In this document: one piece after another, positions 63,001 to 64,000 of the stretch
How positions within the stretch are numbered: the first letter of the stretch is position 1
How the letters are laid out: every line of letters starts with the position of its first letter
Assembly: GCA_013265495.1 (NCBI GenBank)
Contig: MU058065.1
Span: forward strand, 7,998,302-8,062,301
Length of the DNA: 64,000 bases
Direction of reading: 5' to 3'
DNA from: Vicugna vicugna
Lineage: Eukaryota
The notes under the pieces: model-generated
The model's input: only the letters and a program-made list of their open reading frames with translations
The model's database searches: none
Told to the model about the DNA's origin: nothing
Made by a program: the position numbers and the translations under genes

Positions 63001-64000
63001 GCCTCTGCCCCTTTTAAACTCCCCCAGCAACTGCAGATGCAAAGCCTCCCCAAGCCCGCCCGCCGGCCCGCCAGCCCGCTTGCCCTGGGACTTTGAATGA
63101 CTGCACATTTCTATAGCACCTTTATAAGTGCAGCGGGCCAGACAGCCACTTGGGCGACTCCGCCCCTCGGCATAATCCCCGGCATTGTACACCGCAGAGA
63201 AGGAGGCAGGGGAGATGCTGAAGGAGCCAGTCCAGCACAGCCGAGGCCCGGAATTCTGAAAGGGCCCAGACTGGCCCAGGCCTGCTTCCACTTCTTCCCC
63301 TACCATTTCTAGGCACTTCTGCCCACTCTGCCATCAAACACACCCACACATTTCTCAGGTCCAGACTTCACGCAGATCTCAGGGTCCCCCTCCCATTTTT
63401 CTCCAGGCCCACCCACTCCAACCCCTGGTCTGGGTTTCTTCGAACCAACATGTCCCTGCCCATCACCCCATGAGATGCGGGCTCAGCACCCGCTGATGTG
63501 CCCACCCCCACCCCCTGCATCCTAGCCATCCCGGGAAGCCAGCAACACAGCCCCTGAGTCCAGGGAACAAAGACAAAAGAGCTAACAGCAAAGCCGGAAC
63601 TGCTGGGGTTTGCTGCCTCGAAATAAGAGGATATGTTTAAAATTCTCAAAAGCAACCTGTTCAAAGAGGAATGCAGGCTGGGATGGGGGGGGGGGCTCAT
63701 TCATCAAAGGGGGAAGAAGAAATGGGTAATGGAGGAGGCAGCAGCTAAGGTCTCATCTGGGCCACCGTCTGCACGAACACCCCACCCCCGCATTCTCCAC
63801 GCAGCACCCCCACCCTTGCCCCCTGTCTGAGACCCTCTCCTGCACAGAAGCCTCAAAACTTGCCCTTCTCTCTTCCCTGAGCCCCCACAAGCCCAGACTT
63901 CTCCCCACGGGGCCCCCCTTCCCCCAGTTCTACTCACACCTCAGACACCCTGCTCTTGGCACTTCTTTCCAAGGGGTCCATTCCAGTTTCCATCCCCCTT

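Noticed and set aside
45330..64000. IGFBP2 exon 1
   Set aside because: No GCGCCxxC-coding exon or CpG island found; the long intron 1 presumably continues past the window.
1..64000. CRISPR arrays, operons, rRNA genes
   Set aside because: Mammalian DNA; no regularly spaced repeat-spacer array or rRNA similarity seen.

Overview
Mammalian genomic DNA, most likely camelid (two Vic-1-type tRNA-Ala SINEs; artiodactyl-type 271-aa IGFBP5). It holds the tail-to-tail IGFBP5/IGFBP2 pair. IGFBP5 is complete on + (promoter ~14.3 kb, 4 coding exons 15112-31428, ~4.5-kb 3'UTR to ~35970). IGFBP2 exons 2-4 are on - (45329-42154); exon 1 was not found and presumably lies beyond the right edge. The rest is intron/intergenic sequence with L1, SINE, MaLR LTR, hAT and microsatellite repeats. 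Three things stand out. (1) A frameshifted, near full-length element on the - strand at ~500-1720 whose motifs are collinear with bornavirus nucleoprotein (EBLN-like). (2) The IGFBP2 exon 2 splice donor is missing (apparent 4-nt loss). (3) A 41-bp patchwork at 5037-5077 built from three pieces found 1.4-1.6 kb away. All comparisons to reference proteins and repeat consensuses are from memory and by eye, not from database searches; repeat boundaries are approximate.
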